A stretch of DNA of 54,709 nt, taken from positions 1 through 54,709 of the forward strand of contig CAYZNC010000002.1 in NCBI GenBank assembly GCA_964478555.1, in the 5' to 3' direction. Source of the stretch: an uncultured Bacteroidales bacterium (GTDB taxonomy: Bacteria; Bacteroidota; Bacteroidia; Bacteroidales; JAAUTT01). The translations under genes were made by a program, and so were the position numbers. Under the pieces are notes generated by a model. It did no database searches. It saw nothing but the letters and a program-made list of their open reading frames with translations, and had not been told where the DNA came from. Positions 10,661 through 20,686 of the stretch are shown one piece after another (the stretch's first letter is position 1; every line of letters begins with the position of its first letter).

Positions 10661-11830
10661 ATGAGCGATGATTCAAGATACACGCAACGTGGAGTTTCGG
10701 CTTCCAAAGAAGATGTGCATAATGCTATTAAAAACATCGATAAAGGAATATTTCCCAAAGCGTTTTGTAAAATCATACCTGATATATTAGCAAACGATCC
10801 TGAATATTGCAATATCATGCATGCGGATGGCGCTGGTACGAAGTCGTCATTAGCCTACATGTATTGGAAAGAAACCGGGGATTTAAATGTTTGGAAAGGC
10901 ATAGCACAAGATGCGCTGGTAATGAATATTGACGATTTATTGTGTGTCGGCGCTGTCGATAATATTCTGGTATCTTCCACCATTGGTCGTAACAAGCGAT
11001 TAATACCAGGTAATGTAATTGAAGCCATTATCAATGGAACCGAAGAATTACTCGAAGAATTGCGCTCATTCGGTGTGCAAATCTACTCCACCGGCGGCGA
11101 AACTGCCGATGTAGGAGATCTGATACGTACCATTATTGTTGATTCTACAGTAACCTGCCGCATGAAACGAAGTGATGTAATTTCGAACGATCATATCATT
11201 GCCGGTGATGTAATTGTAGGTCTGGCATCTTCAGGTAAAGCCACCTATGAAAAGGAATATAATGGTGGTATGGGCAGCAATGGTCTTACTTCCGCACGAC
11301 ATGATGTATTTAACAAGTATCTGGTAGCAAAATATCCTGAAAGTTATGACAATACCATTTCGTCCGAATTGGTTTATTCAGGAAATTATAGATTAACCGA
11401 TGCAATCGAAGGTCTTGGTATGAATGCAGGGAAACTGGTATTATCACCCACACGAACATACACACCCATCATAAAAAAAATACTGGAAACCTACCGGTCT
11501 CAAATTAACGGCATGGTTCATTGTTCAGGGGGGGCTCAAACCAAGGTGCTTAACTTTGTGGAACAGTTGCATGTAATCAAGGATAATATGTTTCCCGTGC
11601 CTCCATTGTTCCGGATTATTCAGGAACAATCAGGAACAACGTGGCAGGAGATGTACAAAGTTTTTAATATGGGTCACCGGTTCGAAATTTATACCAACGC
11701 TGATGCCGCTGATAAAATAATCGATATTGCACAATCATTTAACGTAGAAGCCCGCATCGTTGGGCGTTGCGAAAAATCTGAAAAAAATAGGCTTACCATC
11801 AAAAGCGAATTCGGAGAATTTGACTATTAA
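10661..11830 (+). CDS. purM: AIR synthase-family protein (phosphoribosylformylglycinamidine cyclo-ligase-like, long Bacteroidota form)
   Basis: 389-aa ORF. The N-terminal YTQRGVSASKEDVH...MHADGAGTKS and the length match the PurM form of Bacteroidota. Confidence 0.75.
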   Translation: MSDDSRYTQRGVSASKEDVHNAIKNIDKGIFPKAFCKIIPDILANDPEYCNIMHADGAGTKSSLAYMYWKETGDLNVWKGIAQDALVMNIDDLLCVGAVDNILVSSTIGRNKRLIPGNVIEAIINGTEELLEELRSFGVQIYSTGGETADVGDLIRTIIVDSTVTCRMKRSDVISNDHIIAGDVIVGLASSGKATYEKEYNGGMGSNGLTSARHDVFNKYLVAKYPESYDNTISSELVYSGNYRLTDAIEGLGMNAGKLVLSPTRTYTPIIKKILETYRSQINGMVHCSGGAQTKVLNFVEQLHVIKDNMFPVPPLFRIIQEQSGTTWQEMYKVFNMGHRFEIYTNADAADKIIDIAQSFNVEARIVGRCEKSEKNRLTIKSEFGEFDY

Positions 11831-14259
11831 TTTTCCTTATACCCCACAAAATCATCCAATATAGGACAATGGTAGTCTTCAAATGTTTTTGTGTTACGAT
11901 AAAGCGAATAAAAATCTTTTAGATAATTATCCGCCACAAATTTAATTTTATTGTCAGGATCGTATTGATTTCCTTTACCTAAGAGATATTTATCATATTC
12001 ACAATTATGCAACATGTATACTGCAGTTGCTTTTTGTTCCTTGTTAGTGGCTGTTTCCAATGCTTTTTGGTAATACTGCCAGGCAATATTACAATGATAA
12101 TAATTGCCATGATGTATTCGTTTTTTATTGTCATGCATAGGACCGAAAGTGTAATCCAATTCACTCCCATAATCATCTCCATAATCTTCTTCATTCATTG
12201 TTTTTCCGTAGCTCACCATCATCCACGAGTTACCCCAGTACGAGCAATTATAATAGGCGTTACCTAATTTTAAGTATAAGTCGGCTGGATTTTTAGGTTT
12301 TGTCAGTTCTTCTTTTTTAAGTTCGATCAGTTCTTTTATAAATCGTGTTTTTGTAAACTTGTATGCGGGGATTTGTTTACTATTCCAACTCCAGGCTACC
12401 GGTACAAAAGGATTTTTTCGCAGGTAATAATGAAATTCATAATTTTTTGCCCAAAATGAATCTTGTACCGCTGAAAAGGAGGTGAAGGCCATCTCTAAGT
12501 CATTATTTCTGAATGCTATGGTTCCCTTTAAATCGTTATACATATCAATGGTTCCCAAAGTCTTCGAACATATATATTGCTCAAATGGTGTTTTCCTTTT
12601 TTTAGCAATTAGGGTCAATAAATGATCTATATCAGCTGTGGTCGCATATCTGTCGAAATATGCAATATACCAGTAATACCAATAATTGTCTAAAGATTCA
12701 TATTCGTTGAATTGCGATGAATTGGTTTCGGAACGTAAAAAAAGTAAACCCGCGGTGGCAAAATCCTTATTTTTCTCGTATTCTGCGCTGATGATCCGAA
12801 GTAAGGAATATAAATTTTTATTGGCAATAGGTTGTCTTTTAGCTGATTTTTCCAATCGCTGAATACAATTCAATAGCTTATTTTTTACACCTTCACTTTT
12901 TACATCTCCTGTTTTTAATTCAATCAATGCATCATCAATCATTTTTTGCATTACAATGGAAGAATTTGCGGTTTTGGAAATTGACCTTAGATATTCTTTC
13001 CCCGCACTAATATTATCGTTTATAAAAGACAGATGGGCCAATGATATGGTGATAAAATCCCGTAATTCACCTTTTGTATGTATCTGATAACCTTGTAGAA
13101 AGTTTACAAATTTAGCGAGATAAGCAATATCTGTCTTGTAATTTTTTTTACGTAATTTACCACCGTCCCATTCTTCCCCCTGAGGTTTATAACTTACGGA
13201 TGGTCCGTATTGGGTGAATGCGGGTGTAAAAATCCAATCCTCAATTTTATTTATTTCCCGCATAACCAGGGCTGGTAAGTATTTGTTTTCCGGAGCCAAA
13301 CCCTCAATTTTCTCTAGCTCGCTAAGAACAGGTCCGGGATTACGAAACAATGCCATAGCTTTAATTACTGCTTTTTCATAAGGACTTTTGGCTAACAGCA
13401 AGGTCTGTTCAAGCATTGTAGGAGTGGCATTGAAACATTGTAAGGCAATAAATTTTTTCTCATCCGTTTGATCAAAAACGAGACTATACAAGTAATTAGC
13501 TTTTAATGTTTCACCTTTGTTGTCAAGCGCCAGGGCCTTAAATAGAAGTGCCCATGAATCTATAATGGAATTTGAACTTTTATTTTCAAAAAAACGATTG
13601 TATATTTTTAAAGCTTCATCATACAAATGGGTTTGACAATTAAACCTTAACATTAGAAAGGCATATCTTTTTTGGAGAAATTCATCTTTAATTTGCTTTA
13701 ATGACCGAAAGTCCTTATAATCGATCGTGGCTTTTCCCTTAAATACATATTCCGAATAATTTCTCCAGGGTTTGGGATTGTCCCATGCTTCCCACTTCCA
13801 AGACGATTCGGAATTGGTATACTCTATCTTTTTGGCAAAAATCAAATACGCCAGTAAATCTATGTTCTTTTTTAACAGTAGCTTTTGTATGAAGGTATTC
13901 CCGGAAAAAGTTTCTGCCAGACTTTGGTTTTGCCTTGCCAATTCTAAGAGTTCAGGATTCGTTTGATAAAGAATTATATCAATATCGCTTACGGAAACAT
14001 CGAGTCCTATTTTTTTTTGCCATTCGGCACAGTTTATGGCCTTATCAAACCCTTGAGGATCCGGATCTGTATTATTATATAAGGAAGCTGAATAGTAGAA
14101 TGGTCTGAAAACTGACATTTTACTCATTTCTGCTCTGAATAAGGCAAGACGGTACGTTTCAGCACTTTCACCCCAGCCACATGCAAATAGGTTTTGCACA
14201 TTAATGATGCAACAGATCGCTATAATTTTTAAGATTTTTAATTCCATATTGTTTAACAT
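11827..14259 (-). CDS. Hypothetical helical-repeat (TPR-like) lipoprotein
   Basis: 810-aa ORF. The likely real start is the second Met (14247), giving MELKILKIIAICCIINVQNLFAC with a lipobox-like LFAC. Its 5' end overlaps the upstream gene by 47-59 nt. Its stop codon overlaps the purM stop. Confidence 0.7.
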   Translation of the reverse strand: MLNNMELKILKIIAICCIINVQNLFACGWGESAETYRLALFRAEMSKMSVFRPFYYSASLYNNTDPDPQGFDKAINCAEWQKKIGLDVSVSDIDIILYQTNPELLELARQNQSLAETFSGNTFIQKLLLKKNIDLLAYLIFAKKIEYTNSESSWKWEAWDNPKPWRNYSEYVFKGKATIDYKDFRSLKQIKDEFLQKRYAFLMLRFNCQTHLYDEALKIYNRFFENKSSNSIIDSWALLFKALALDNKGETLKANYLYSLVFDQTDEKKFIALQCFNATPTMLEQTLLLAKSPYEKAVIKAMALFRNPGPVLSELEKIEGLAPENKYLPALVMREINKIEDWIFTPAFTQYGPSVSYKPQGEEWDGGKLRKKNYKTDIAYLAKFVNFLQGYQIHTKGELRDFITISLAHLSFINDNISAGKEYLRSISKTANSSIVMQKMIDDALIELKTGDVKSEGVKNKLLNCIQRLEKSAKRQPIANKNLYSLLRIISAEYEKNKDFATAGLLFLRSETNSSQFNEYESLDNYWYYWYIAYFDRYATTADIDHLLTLIAKKRKTPFEQYICSKTLGTIDMYNDLKGTIAFRNNDLEMAFTSFSAVQDSFWAKNYEFHYYLRKNPFVPVAWSWNSKQIPAYKFTKTRFIKELIELKKEELTKPKNPADLYLKLGNAYYNCSYWGNSWMMVSYGKTMNEEDYGDDYGSELDYTFGPMHDNKKRIHHGNYYHCNIAWQYYQKALETATNKEQKATAVYMLHNCEYDKYLLGKGNQYDPDNKIKFVADNYLKDFYSLYRNTKTFEDYHCPILDDFVGYKEN

Positions 14260-15361
14260 AAGTAGTATCCCATGAAAAAAAAGTTATGCGGGTATGGTCA
14301 TCTGTTTGAATATGTCTTTTTAATAATTTGATCATCTTTTCCAGCTCTGTTGGTGAAACCTGTTCTATCCGTGTTTCATCCCCATAACGAAAATATTTAT
14401 TCCCTAACACCATATCTTTTTTTAACCTATACCTGTTTTCTGTAACAGGGGCATAATTGACAGTGTCATTTTTATAATCTTCCGGATTGACATTATTGAT
14501 TAAACCGTTAAAGTTACCATTGCGAAACATAACGGCCCAGTTGAAAACCGGCAAAGAAACGTCCAGCTTCAAAGGATAGATTTCTTTGGTCATGTATTTG
14601 GAAAGTGTACTTACCGAGCTGATGGAGTTTTCTATATCATAATTCGTTGGGCTTTCCATACTGTAACACATGAGCAGGCAACGGTCGGCCTCTGGTACCC
14701 CTGCTGTTTTTCGCTGTTTATATTGCCAGAGTCGTAATGTTGCAGTGAGACTGTAAGGTGAGAATTGCTTTTTGATTTGTTTTAAAAAATAGAAATAGTT
14801 ATCGCGGGTATTGAGCGTCCAGTCACAATCGATCAGTACCTCATTTATTCTGAGGTCGATTATGTTGCGGGCTATCTTAGTAATGGAATCGCTGTTTAAT
14901 TTCTTTGTGTGGGGATGATCAGTAATTTTATCCACATAGTTGCTGATAAAACTTTCCTTATAGTAGTCTATAATCCCGGATGTTCTCTTGTAAATCCTGA
15001 TGGCTAATGAATCTAACTGGGTCTTACTACATTTTTCCATTACGGTGTTGGTAATGAAAATACTGGGGGTCATGGAAATATTTTGGTTTAAGCTCCAGAA
15101 ATTTCCGACGGTAGCAACTGGCAGAGCTTCATGTTCAAAAGGATTCCAATCTACATCGAAAAATCGTATATACAAATGGTTGACACCGAGGTCAGACATA
15201 AGACTATCCTCTTTTGTGTTCAAATCAAATGTTGTTTTCCAATAGCAAAAAGAAAGGCCGGTTTGATTGTATTTGGTTTTGCATCCGGCAATAATGATTA
15301 AACAAAAACCAATTACAAAGCAGGGTTTTCTAACAAAAAACGAGGATAGTTTTTTTAGCAT
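14201..15361 (-). CDS. Hypothetical lipoprotein, possible TIM-barrel fold
   Basis: 386-aa ORF with signal peptide and lipobox (IIIAGC). Alternating beta-strand-like blocks (LYIRFFDVDW, SIFITN, VLIDCDWT, TATLRLWQ, LLMCYSM, LDVSLPVFNW) suggest a barrel; the fold call is inference only. Confidence 0.65.
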   Translation of the reverse strand: MLKKLSSFFVRKPCFVIGFCLIIIAGCKTKYNQTGLSFCYWKTTFDLNTKEDSLMSDLGVNHLYIRFFDVDWNPFEHEALPVATVGNFWSLNQNISMTPSIFITNTVMEKCSKTQLDSLAIRIYKRTSGIIDYYKESFISNYVDKITDHPHTKKLNSDSITKIARNIIDLRINEVLIDCDWTLNTRDNYFYFLKQIKKQFSPYSLTATLRLWQYKQRKTAGVPEADRCLLMCYSMESPTNYDIENSISSVSTLSKYMTKEIYPLKLDVSLPVFNWAVMFRNGNFNGLINNVNPEDYKNDTVNYAPVTENRYRLKKDMVLGNKYFRYGDETRIEQVSPTELEKMIKLLKRHIQTDDHTRITFFSWDTTYVKQYGIKNLKNYSDLLHH

Positions 15362-15635
15362 ACGGTATTATCTTATCAGGTTTGGAACTGCAATGGAAAT
15401 TTGAACTGTCAGTTGTTCAAAGTTATTAAGTTAGTTGGTATTCGCAAAAGAATAATAAAAATAAAAGTGATATTTGAAACCTATTTCAACAGATTGGAGC
15501 TTCGTACATCCGGTGCAAATGGTTGACTTCAATTTGTTTTTTATTCGTTTGGAGTTTGTTTGGAAAGTAATTACTTTAGCAATCCAAACTATTTGTAATT
15601 GATTTGTCGGGGTTTAAAACAATCTACCTGAAATA

Positions 15636-17573
15636 ATGAATTATTTTAAAAGAACGATATTACTAACCATTGAATTGTGTCTATTCCTATTACCAGCGAA
15701 GCCACAAAATATTGATACCAGTGGGGTTTGCCGGCTTTCAAAAGGGACAGATGCGGTATTTCTGAACAAAGAAATCAAATTAAAGATAATCATAGACAAT
15801 GATGTTCCAGTCCTTGAGGAAGCAAATCATGAGGAAGTTCTTTTCCTAAAGAACAATTCTTCCTATTCATCGGGTAAATCCATATATTATACTGAACAAT
15901 TCGAGAAAATAACTGAATTAAGGGCCAAAACAATTGTTTTTGAGGGCACGAAAAGAAAAAGTTATAATGTTAACAAAATAGAGGATAAAGACATTTTAAT
16001 GAGAGGTGTATTTTATCATGATGAAAAATCTAAAAATTTTGAATATCCAAATATTCAAGCTTTTTCAGTGGGAGTAGTTGATTTTAAAAGAATAATAACA
16101 GAACCCAGATTAATAAATAAATTTTATTTTTCGCAAAGAATACCTGTGTTACATTCAAGATACACAGTGAGTTTTCCTAAAGGAGTAAAACTTAAATGGA
16201 AGGTATTTAATAGTGATGAGGTTAATTTTCAAAAAGAGGAAACCGATAATGAAATAACTTATACATGGAGTATAAACAATTTAAAACAATTAACGGGTGA
16301 AAATGAAGATGAACCAGAGAGAGATTTTTTCGTTCCTCATATTGCGGTCTACATTGAGGAGTTTGTAAACTCCAAGAATGAAATTATAAAAAATTTATCA
16401 AGTACTGATGACCTTTACAACTGGTATGCCACACTGTTAAATAAAAGAGAGAATAAGAATAATGATGATTTAAAAAAGCAAACACTACATTTAATTGAAA
16501 ACTGTACAAATGATTTTGATAAGGCTAAGGTAATATTTGAATGGGTTCAGAAAAATATTAATTATATCGCCTTTGAAGAAGGTTGGAAAGGATTCATACC
16601 GGATTGTGCGCCAAATGTATTTAACAAACGTTATGCCGATTGCAAAGGTATGGCTAATATATTGGTCGAAATGTTAAGGATTGCTGGCTTACAAGCTTAT
16701 CACACATGGATTGGCAGCAGAAGGTTACCCTATACCTATAATGAATTACCTACACCACTTTGCGATGACCACATGATAGCAACCCTCGAGTTGAACGGAA
16801 AATTTTATTTTTTAGATGCAACAAGTGATTATGTTCCATTTCTACTTCCCAGCTATTATATCCAAGGAAAAGAGGCTCTTATTGGCATCAATGAAAAAGA
16901 ATATAAAATTATCAAGGTACCTGCAGTTGCATCTGATTTAAATTATTTAAAGGATTCAACAATTATTGAGATTAAAGATGGTCAATTAAAGGGGAAGGCG
17001 TTTGTAACTATTTCAGGGCTAAGTAAGACTCTATTTGCCTCTCGTGCTTTAAATGAACCCGAAAAGGATTATTATAAACTTTTTACCATCCAATTAAATA
17101 AAGGGAATAATAAAATTTTTGTAGATTCATTAAAATACAATAATTTATTCGAACCAAATAAAGTTTCTACCGCTTCTTACAACTTTATCCTAAAGGATTA
17201 TATAAGAACGGTTTCAAACATTATTTACATCAATCTGAATTTAAGTAAAAATTTGCAAAATAGCTTGATTGACACAACTAAAAGAATTTTAGACAAGGTG
17301 TTTAAATGCAAATATTATAATATAAACACTACAATGCTATTGATTCCTTCCGGATATAAAATTGCTCATCTTCCTGGTAATACTTCCTTTCAGGATAATG
17401 ATTTTGGCTTTAAAATTAATTATTATGTGGAAGGTAATAAAGTTAGCTATTCAAAAGAAATTTATATCAATACCCTATCATTATCAAAATTACTGTTTAG
17501 TGAATGGAATAAAATGATAAGCAGATTATTGAATGCTTATCAGGAAAATTTAGTTTTACAAAAAGTTAATTAA
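15636..17573 (+). CDS. DUF3857/transglutaminase-like domain protein with predicted Cys-His-Asp triad
   Basis: 645-aa ORF with signal peptide. Transglutaminase-core strings YADCKGMANILVEMLR (Cys codon 16641-16643), CDDHMIA and FYFLDATS. Confidence 0.8.
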   Translation: MNYFKRTILLTIELCLFLLPAKPQNIDTSGVCRLSKGTDAVFLNKEIKLKIIIDNDVPVLEEANHEEVLFLKNNSSYSSGKSIYYTEQFEKITELRAKTIVFEGTKRKSYNVNKIEDKDILMRGVFYHDEKSKNFEYPNIQAFSVGVVDFKRIITEPRLINKFYFSQRIPVLHSRYTVSFPKGVKLKWKVFNSDEVNFQKEETDNEITYTWSINNLKQLTGENEDEPERDFFVPHIAVYIEEFVNSKNEIIKNLSSTDDLYNWYATLLNKRENKNNDDLKKQTLHLIENCTNDFDKAKVIFEWVQKNINYIAFEEGWKGFIPDCAPNVFNKRYADCKGMANILVEMLRIAGLQAYHTWIGSRRLPYTYNELPTPLCDDHMIATLELNGKFYFLDATSDYVPFLLPSYYIQGKEALIGINEKEYKIIKVPAVASDLNYLKDSTIIEIKDGQLKGKAFVTISGLSKTLFASRALNEPEKDYYKLFTIQLNKGNNKIFVDSLKYNNLFEPNKVSTASYNFILKDYIRTVSNIIYINLNLSKNLQNSLIDTTKRILDKVFKCKYYNINTTMLLIPSGYKIAHLPGNTSFQDNDFGFKINYYVEGNKVSYSKEIYINTLSLSKLLFSEWNKMISRLLNAYQENLVLQKVN

Positions 17574-17574
17574 A

Positions 17575-19539
17575 ATGAAAAAAATAATTGCAATTTTCTT
17601 TGGCGCTTTTTTTTGCCTTAGCATACCCGCGCAAATTGAGACATTACATTTAGACAATAGCCCTAAAATAGCTGAGCTTACTGATGCGGAAAAAAAGGAG
17701 GTCGCAATAGTGCTTATTGATCATCGTATCATTGAATATTCTTTTCCAACGCAAGGAGAGAGAGCTATGTTCACAACGGTTTATAAACGTGTTCATGTAA
17801 ATAATGATAAAGGGCTGGAAGAGTTTAATAAAGTGGCAATACCAATGAGAGAAGGCTCAAAATTGGTATCAATAATAGCAAGAGCAATATCGAAAGATAA
17901 TAAAATAACTTTATTGGATCAGGATAATATTAAAGAAGTCAAAAACCTCAGTAATTTAGGCAGCTATAAGATTTTTGCAATAGAAGGACTTGAAATTGGC
18001 GGTGAAATCGAATATTTATATACCGTTAAATCTCCTGTTTTATATTCCAACAATGAAGTATTCCAGACAAACGTGAAAGTTAAAAAGGCTGTTTTTAAAA
18101 TATTTTTTCCCGAAAAAATAATTGTTGAGACACGTTCATATAATGGATTCACAGATCTTAAGTTTTCAAAAAATTCATATAACACTTTATCTATGTTATC
18201 AGGTGAGGTGGTTGATATTGCAGCCCATAATAAAAGCGAATATGAAACGTATGAAGCTAATTTAATGAAAGTCGAGTATGTTATTAAACGAGTCAAGAAT
18301 CAATTTGGTAGTTTAGAGGATGCTTACTGTTGGCGTAATGTAGTCAAGAGTCAAAATAATTATATTTTTAATGTGAAAGGAGACTCAAAGGTAGCCAGTC
18401 TATTACGCGATTTAAAAGTAACTGACTTACCTAATGCTAATCAGCAAATCATGGCAATTGAAAAATTTGTAAAGAATAATATTAAATATAAAAGGAGCAA
18501 TTCACCAGAATTATCGGACATTAAAAAAATTATTAAGAATAAATATGCAAACGAATTAGGATTGACCAGACTCTATGCGAAATGTTTTACTTTGTCAAAC
18601 ATAAAGTTTCGTTTAATGACCACATCTAATCGATATTATGACCTTTTTGATAAAGAATTTGCAAGTAATGGATCTCAAACGCATTATGTTTATTATTTTC
18701 CAGGGATTGATCAATATATTTCGCCAATTTCATTTGAATACAGGCTAGGAATGGCTCCATATATATATGAATCGAATGATGGATTATTGATTGATACTAA
18801 AGACTTTTCTGATGTTTCATTTCATAAAATAAAAACTGCCGATACTTCAATGAATTATATCAATAGACTCATTAATATTGAGTTTCCAAATATTCAGGAT
18901 CATGTTATTGTGAATGGGGTGACTTCTTTTAATGGACATCGTGCAATAAGATTGCGGGGTAATTTATTTTTTAATACCGATAAGGAAAATGATGAACTTA
19001 TTAAGACGCTTGCTTCTTCTGAGGATCCCGATGCTGAAATTCTTGAAACACAATTTACGAATAAGGACCTTGATGAATCCTTTACAAAAAATGATCTTGT
19101 TTTTAGTTATAAAAAGAAATCTAAATCAATAATTGAAAAAGCAAATGAAAATATATTATTTAATATAGGTAAAGTAATAGGAAAACAAACTGAGTTATAT
19201 CAAGATACGTTAAGGACTGTGCCTATAGATATGGCAAATCCAATTCAATACAATTATACTATAAAGTTTACTGTACCTGAAGGATATACTGTTAAAAATC
19301 CGGAAGATCTTAAGATCAATCAGGTTTTAGTTGAAGGAGATAAATCGACAGCCCATTTTTGTTCTAATTATATGATCAACAATAAAGATATTCTAGTTAC
19401 TATTTCAGAATGCTATATAAAATCGCATTATGAAATTTCAACTTACCAGGAATTTAGGAAAGTTATCAATGCTGCTTCTGATTTTGGAAAAATAGTACTG
19501 GTTTTGGAAAAAAAACAAAATACCTCAACTAACAATTAA
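17575..19539 (+). CDS. DUF3857/DUF3858-like paralogue lacking the transglutaminase catalytic Cys (predicted inactive)
   Basis: 654-aa ORF starting 1 nt after the previous stop, with signal peptide. Length and layout match its neighbour, but the position equivalent to ADCKG reads ANELG and no LDxT-type Asp block is evident. Confidence 0.7.
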   Translation: MKKIIAIFFGAFFCLSIPAQIETLHLDNSPKIAELTDAEKKEVAIVLIDHRIIEYSFPTQGERAMFTTVYKRVHVNNDKGLEEFNKVAIPMREGSKLVSIIARAISKDNKITLLDQDNIKEVKNLSNLGSYKIFAIEGLEIGGEIEYLYTVKSPVLYSNNEVFQTNVKVKKAVFKIFFPEKIIVETRSYNGFTDLKFSKNSYNTLSMLSGEVVDIAAHNKSEYETYEANLMKVEYVIKRVKNQFGSLEDAYCWRNVVKSQNNYIFNVKGDSKVASLLRDLKVTDLPNANQQIMAIEKFVKNNIKYKRSNSPELSDIKKIIKNKYANELGLTRLYAKCFTLSNIKFRLMTTSNRYYDLFDKEFASNGSQTHYVYYFPGIDQYISPISFEYRLGMAPYIYESNDGLLIDTKDFSDVSFHKIKTADTSMNYINRLINIEFPNIQDHVIVNGVTSFNGHRAIRLRGNLFFNTDKENDELIKTLASSEDPDAEILETQFTNKDLDESFTKNDLVFSYKKKSKSIIEKANENILFNIGKVIGKQTELYQDTLRTVPIDMANPIQYNYTIKFTVPEGYTVKNPEDLKINQVLVEGDKSTAHFCSNYMINNKDILVTISECYIKSHYEISTYQEFRKVINAASDFGKIVLVLEKKQNTSTNN

Positions 19540-19594
19540 TAATTTTCTTTTAAACGGCTATTCCATATCTTTGTTATGTCATTTAAAAGACAAC

Positions 19595-19771
19595 ATGGAA
19601 TCGATTATTGAAAAAGACTATGTTATATGCGGCTCATGCAACTTAAAATTTGAACGAGGCATAAAATATAAGCATTGTTCGAATTGTGTTGTCTGTACCG
19701 GTTGTGAAATATATTATTGTCCCCGTTGCGACAATAGAATCGTTATTACTCCTGTTCAGGTTATCAATTAA
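19595..19771 (+). CDS. Small Cys-rich (four CxxC) zinc-ribbon-like protein
   Basis: The track ORF starts at TTG 19571; the in-frame ATG at 19595 gives 58 aa. It contains CGSC, CSNC, CTGC and CPRC. Confidence 0.5.
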   Translation: MESIIEKDYVICGSCNLKFERGIKYKHCSNCVVCTGCEIYYCPRCDNRIVITPVQVIN

Positions 19772-19967
19772 AATTCAAGGCAAAAGATGAATTTCAATTA
19801 ATACAATCGTTTTGCCTGAAGCGGGGATTTCAAATTAATCCAAAACACATGAATTGGTTCATCTTTATCGCCAGTGCCATTTTTATTCACATCTTGCCGG
19901 GCAAAAATGTACATAATATCATTTTGGGAATCATATTTTGAACGTTCCACAGAATAGACTATTTCAA

Positions 19968-20504
19968 TTATTTTGGGGATTCTGAATTTATAAAGCTTGA
20001 TAAAACTTCTCTCAAATTAGATATTGATGATGAATGGCCTTTGTACAATACATTATCTATTTTCCATCCATGTTCTCTTACTAAAACTACTTCATCCACC
20101 CATAGCGCATTTTTATATTTTGGGTTCTTCTCCTGGTAGATAAACCCAACCAAAACAATGGCTTTGTCCGGCTCAAGTTTTATGTCACCGATTTTATAGG
20201 AGGTATAACCATCGTACAAACTGGTGAAAATGTCGCCTTCAATCATGTCAGGTTTGTCAGTGGGGTATGCGCTTGTGACTATTTTTTGTGCTTCTTTCTT
20301 TTCTTTGCTGATTGCCGCATCAATTTCGCTTACTAAATCGGCGGTTAAAAGAGTTGTATCGCATGTTCTGAAATCACCTTTGTAGTTTTTGTAGAACGCG
20401 TTTGCAACTTTTCTTATTTCTTGCTTTGGGCTGAGGGAGCAACTGCAAAAAATCAATAACAGCAGGTTTATGCTTGTGATAGTTAAAAGGGTAAGGCTTC
20501 TCAT
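19968..20504 (-). CDS. Small lipoprotein (possibly DUF3828-like)
   Basis: 178-aa ORF with signal peptide and a Cys-containing lipobox region (LLIFCSCS). Lies 182 bp downstream of the A2M gene on the same strand. Family assignment is from memory only. Confidence 0.6.
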   Translation of the reverse strand: MRSLTLLTITSINLLLLIFCSCSLSPKQEIRKVANAFYKNYKGDFRTCDTTLLTADLVSEIDAAISKEKKEAQKIVTSAYPTDKPDMIEGDIFTSLYDGYTSYKIGDIKLEPDKAIVLVGFIYQEKNPKYKNALWVDEVVLVREHGWKIDNVLYKGHSSSISNLREVLSSFINSESPK

Positions 20505-20686
20505 CGGTAAAACTTGAAGTGTTGGTTAAACTTATTTATCATCACCTAGTTATTGGTATCGTGGTTAAGCATTCGCAATCAAACTTAAACATTTTTGCCG
20601 ATAGATCAAAGAAACCATTGGTTTAATTACCAGAAGGAAACTGTGAAACAAAGTTATATTTTAGGTGGCGAACTTCATTTGGCATC

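Noticed and set aside
19798-19992. Minus-strand open frame (about 65 codons) overlapping the stop of the 178-aa lipoprotein gene and ending ...DVNKNGTGDKDEPIHVFWINLKSPLQAKRLY
   Set aside because: The only ATG gives 38 aa. It could be a frameshifted C-terminal extension or a gene remnant, but I cannot anchor it to a known family or show that the 178-aa protein is truncated.
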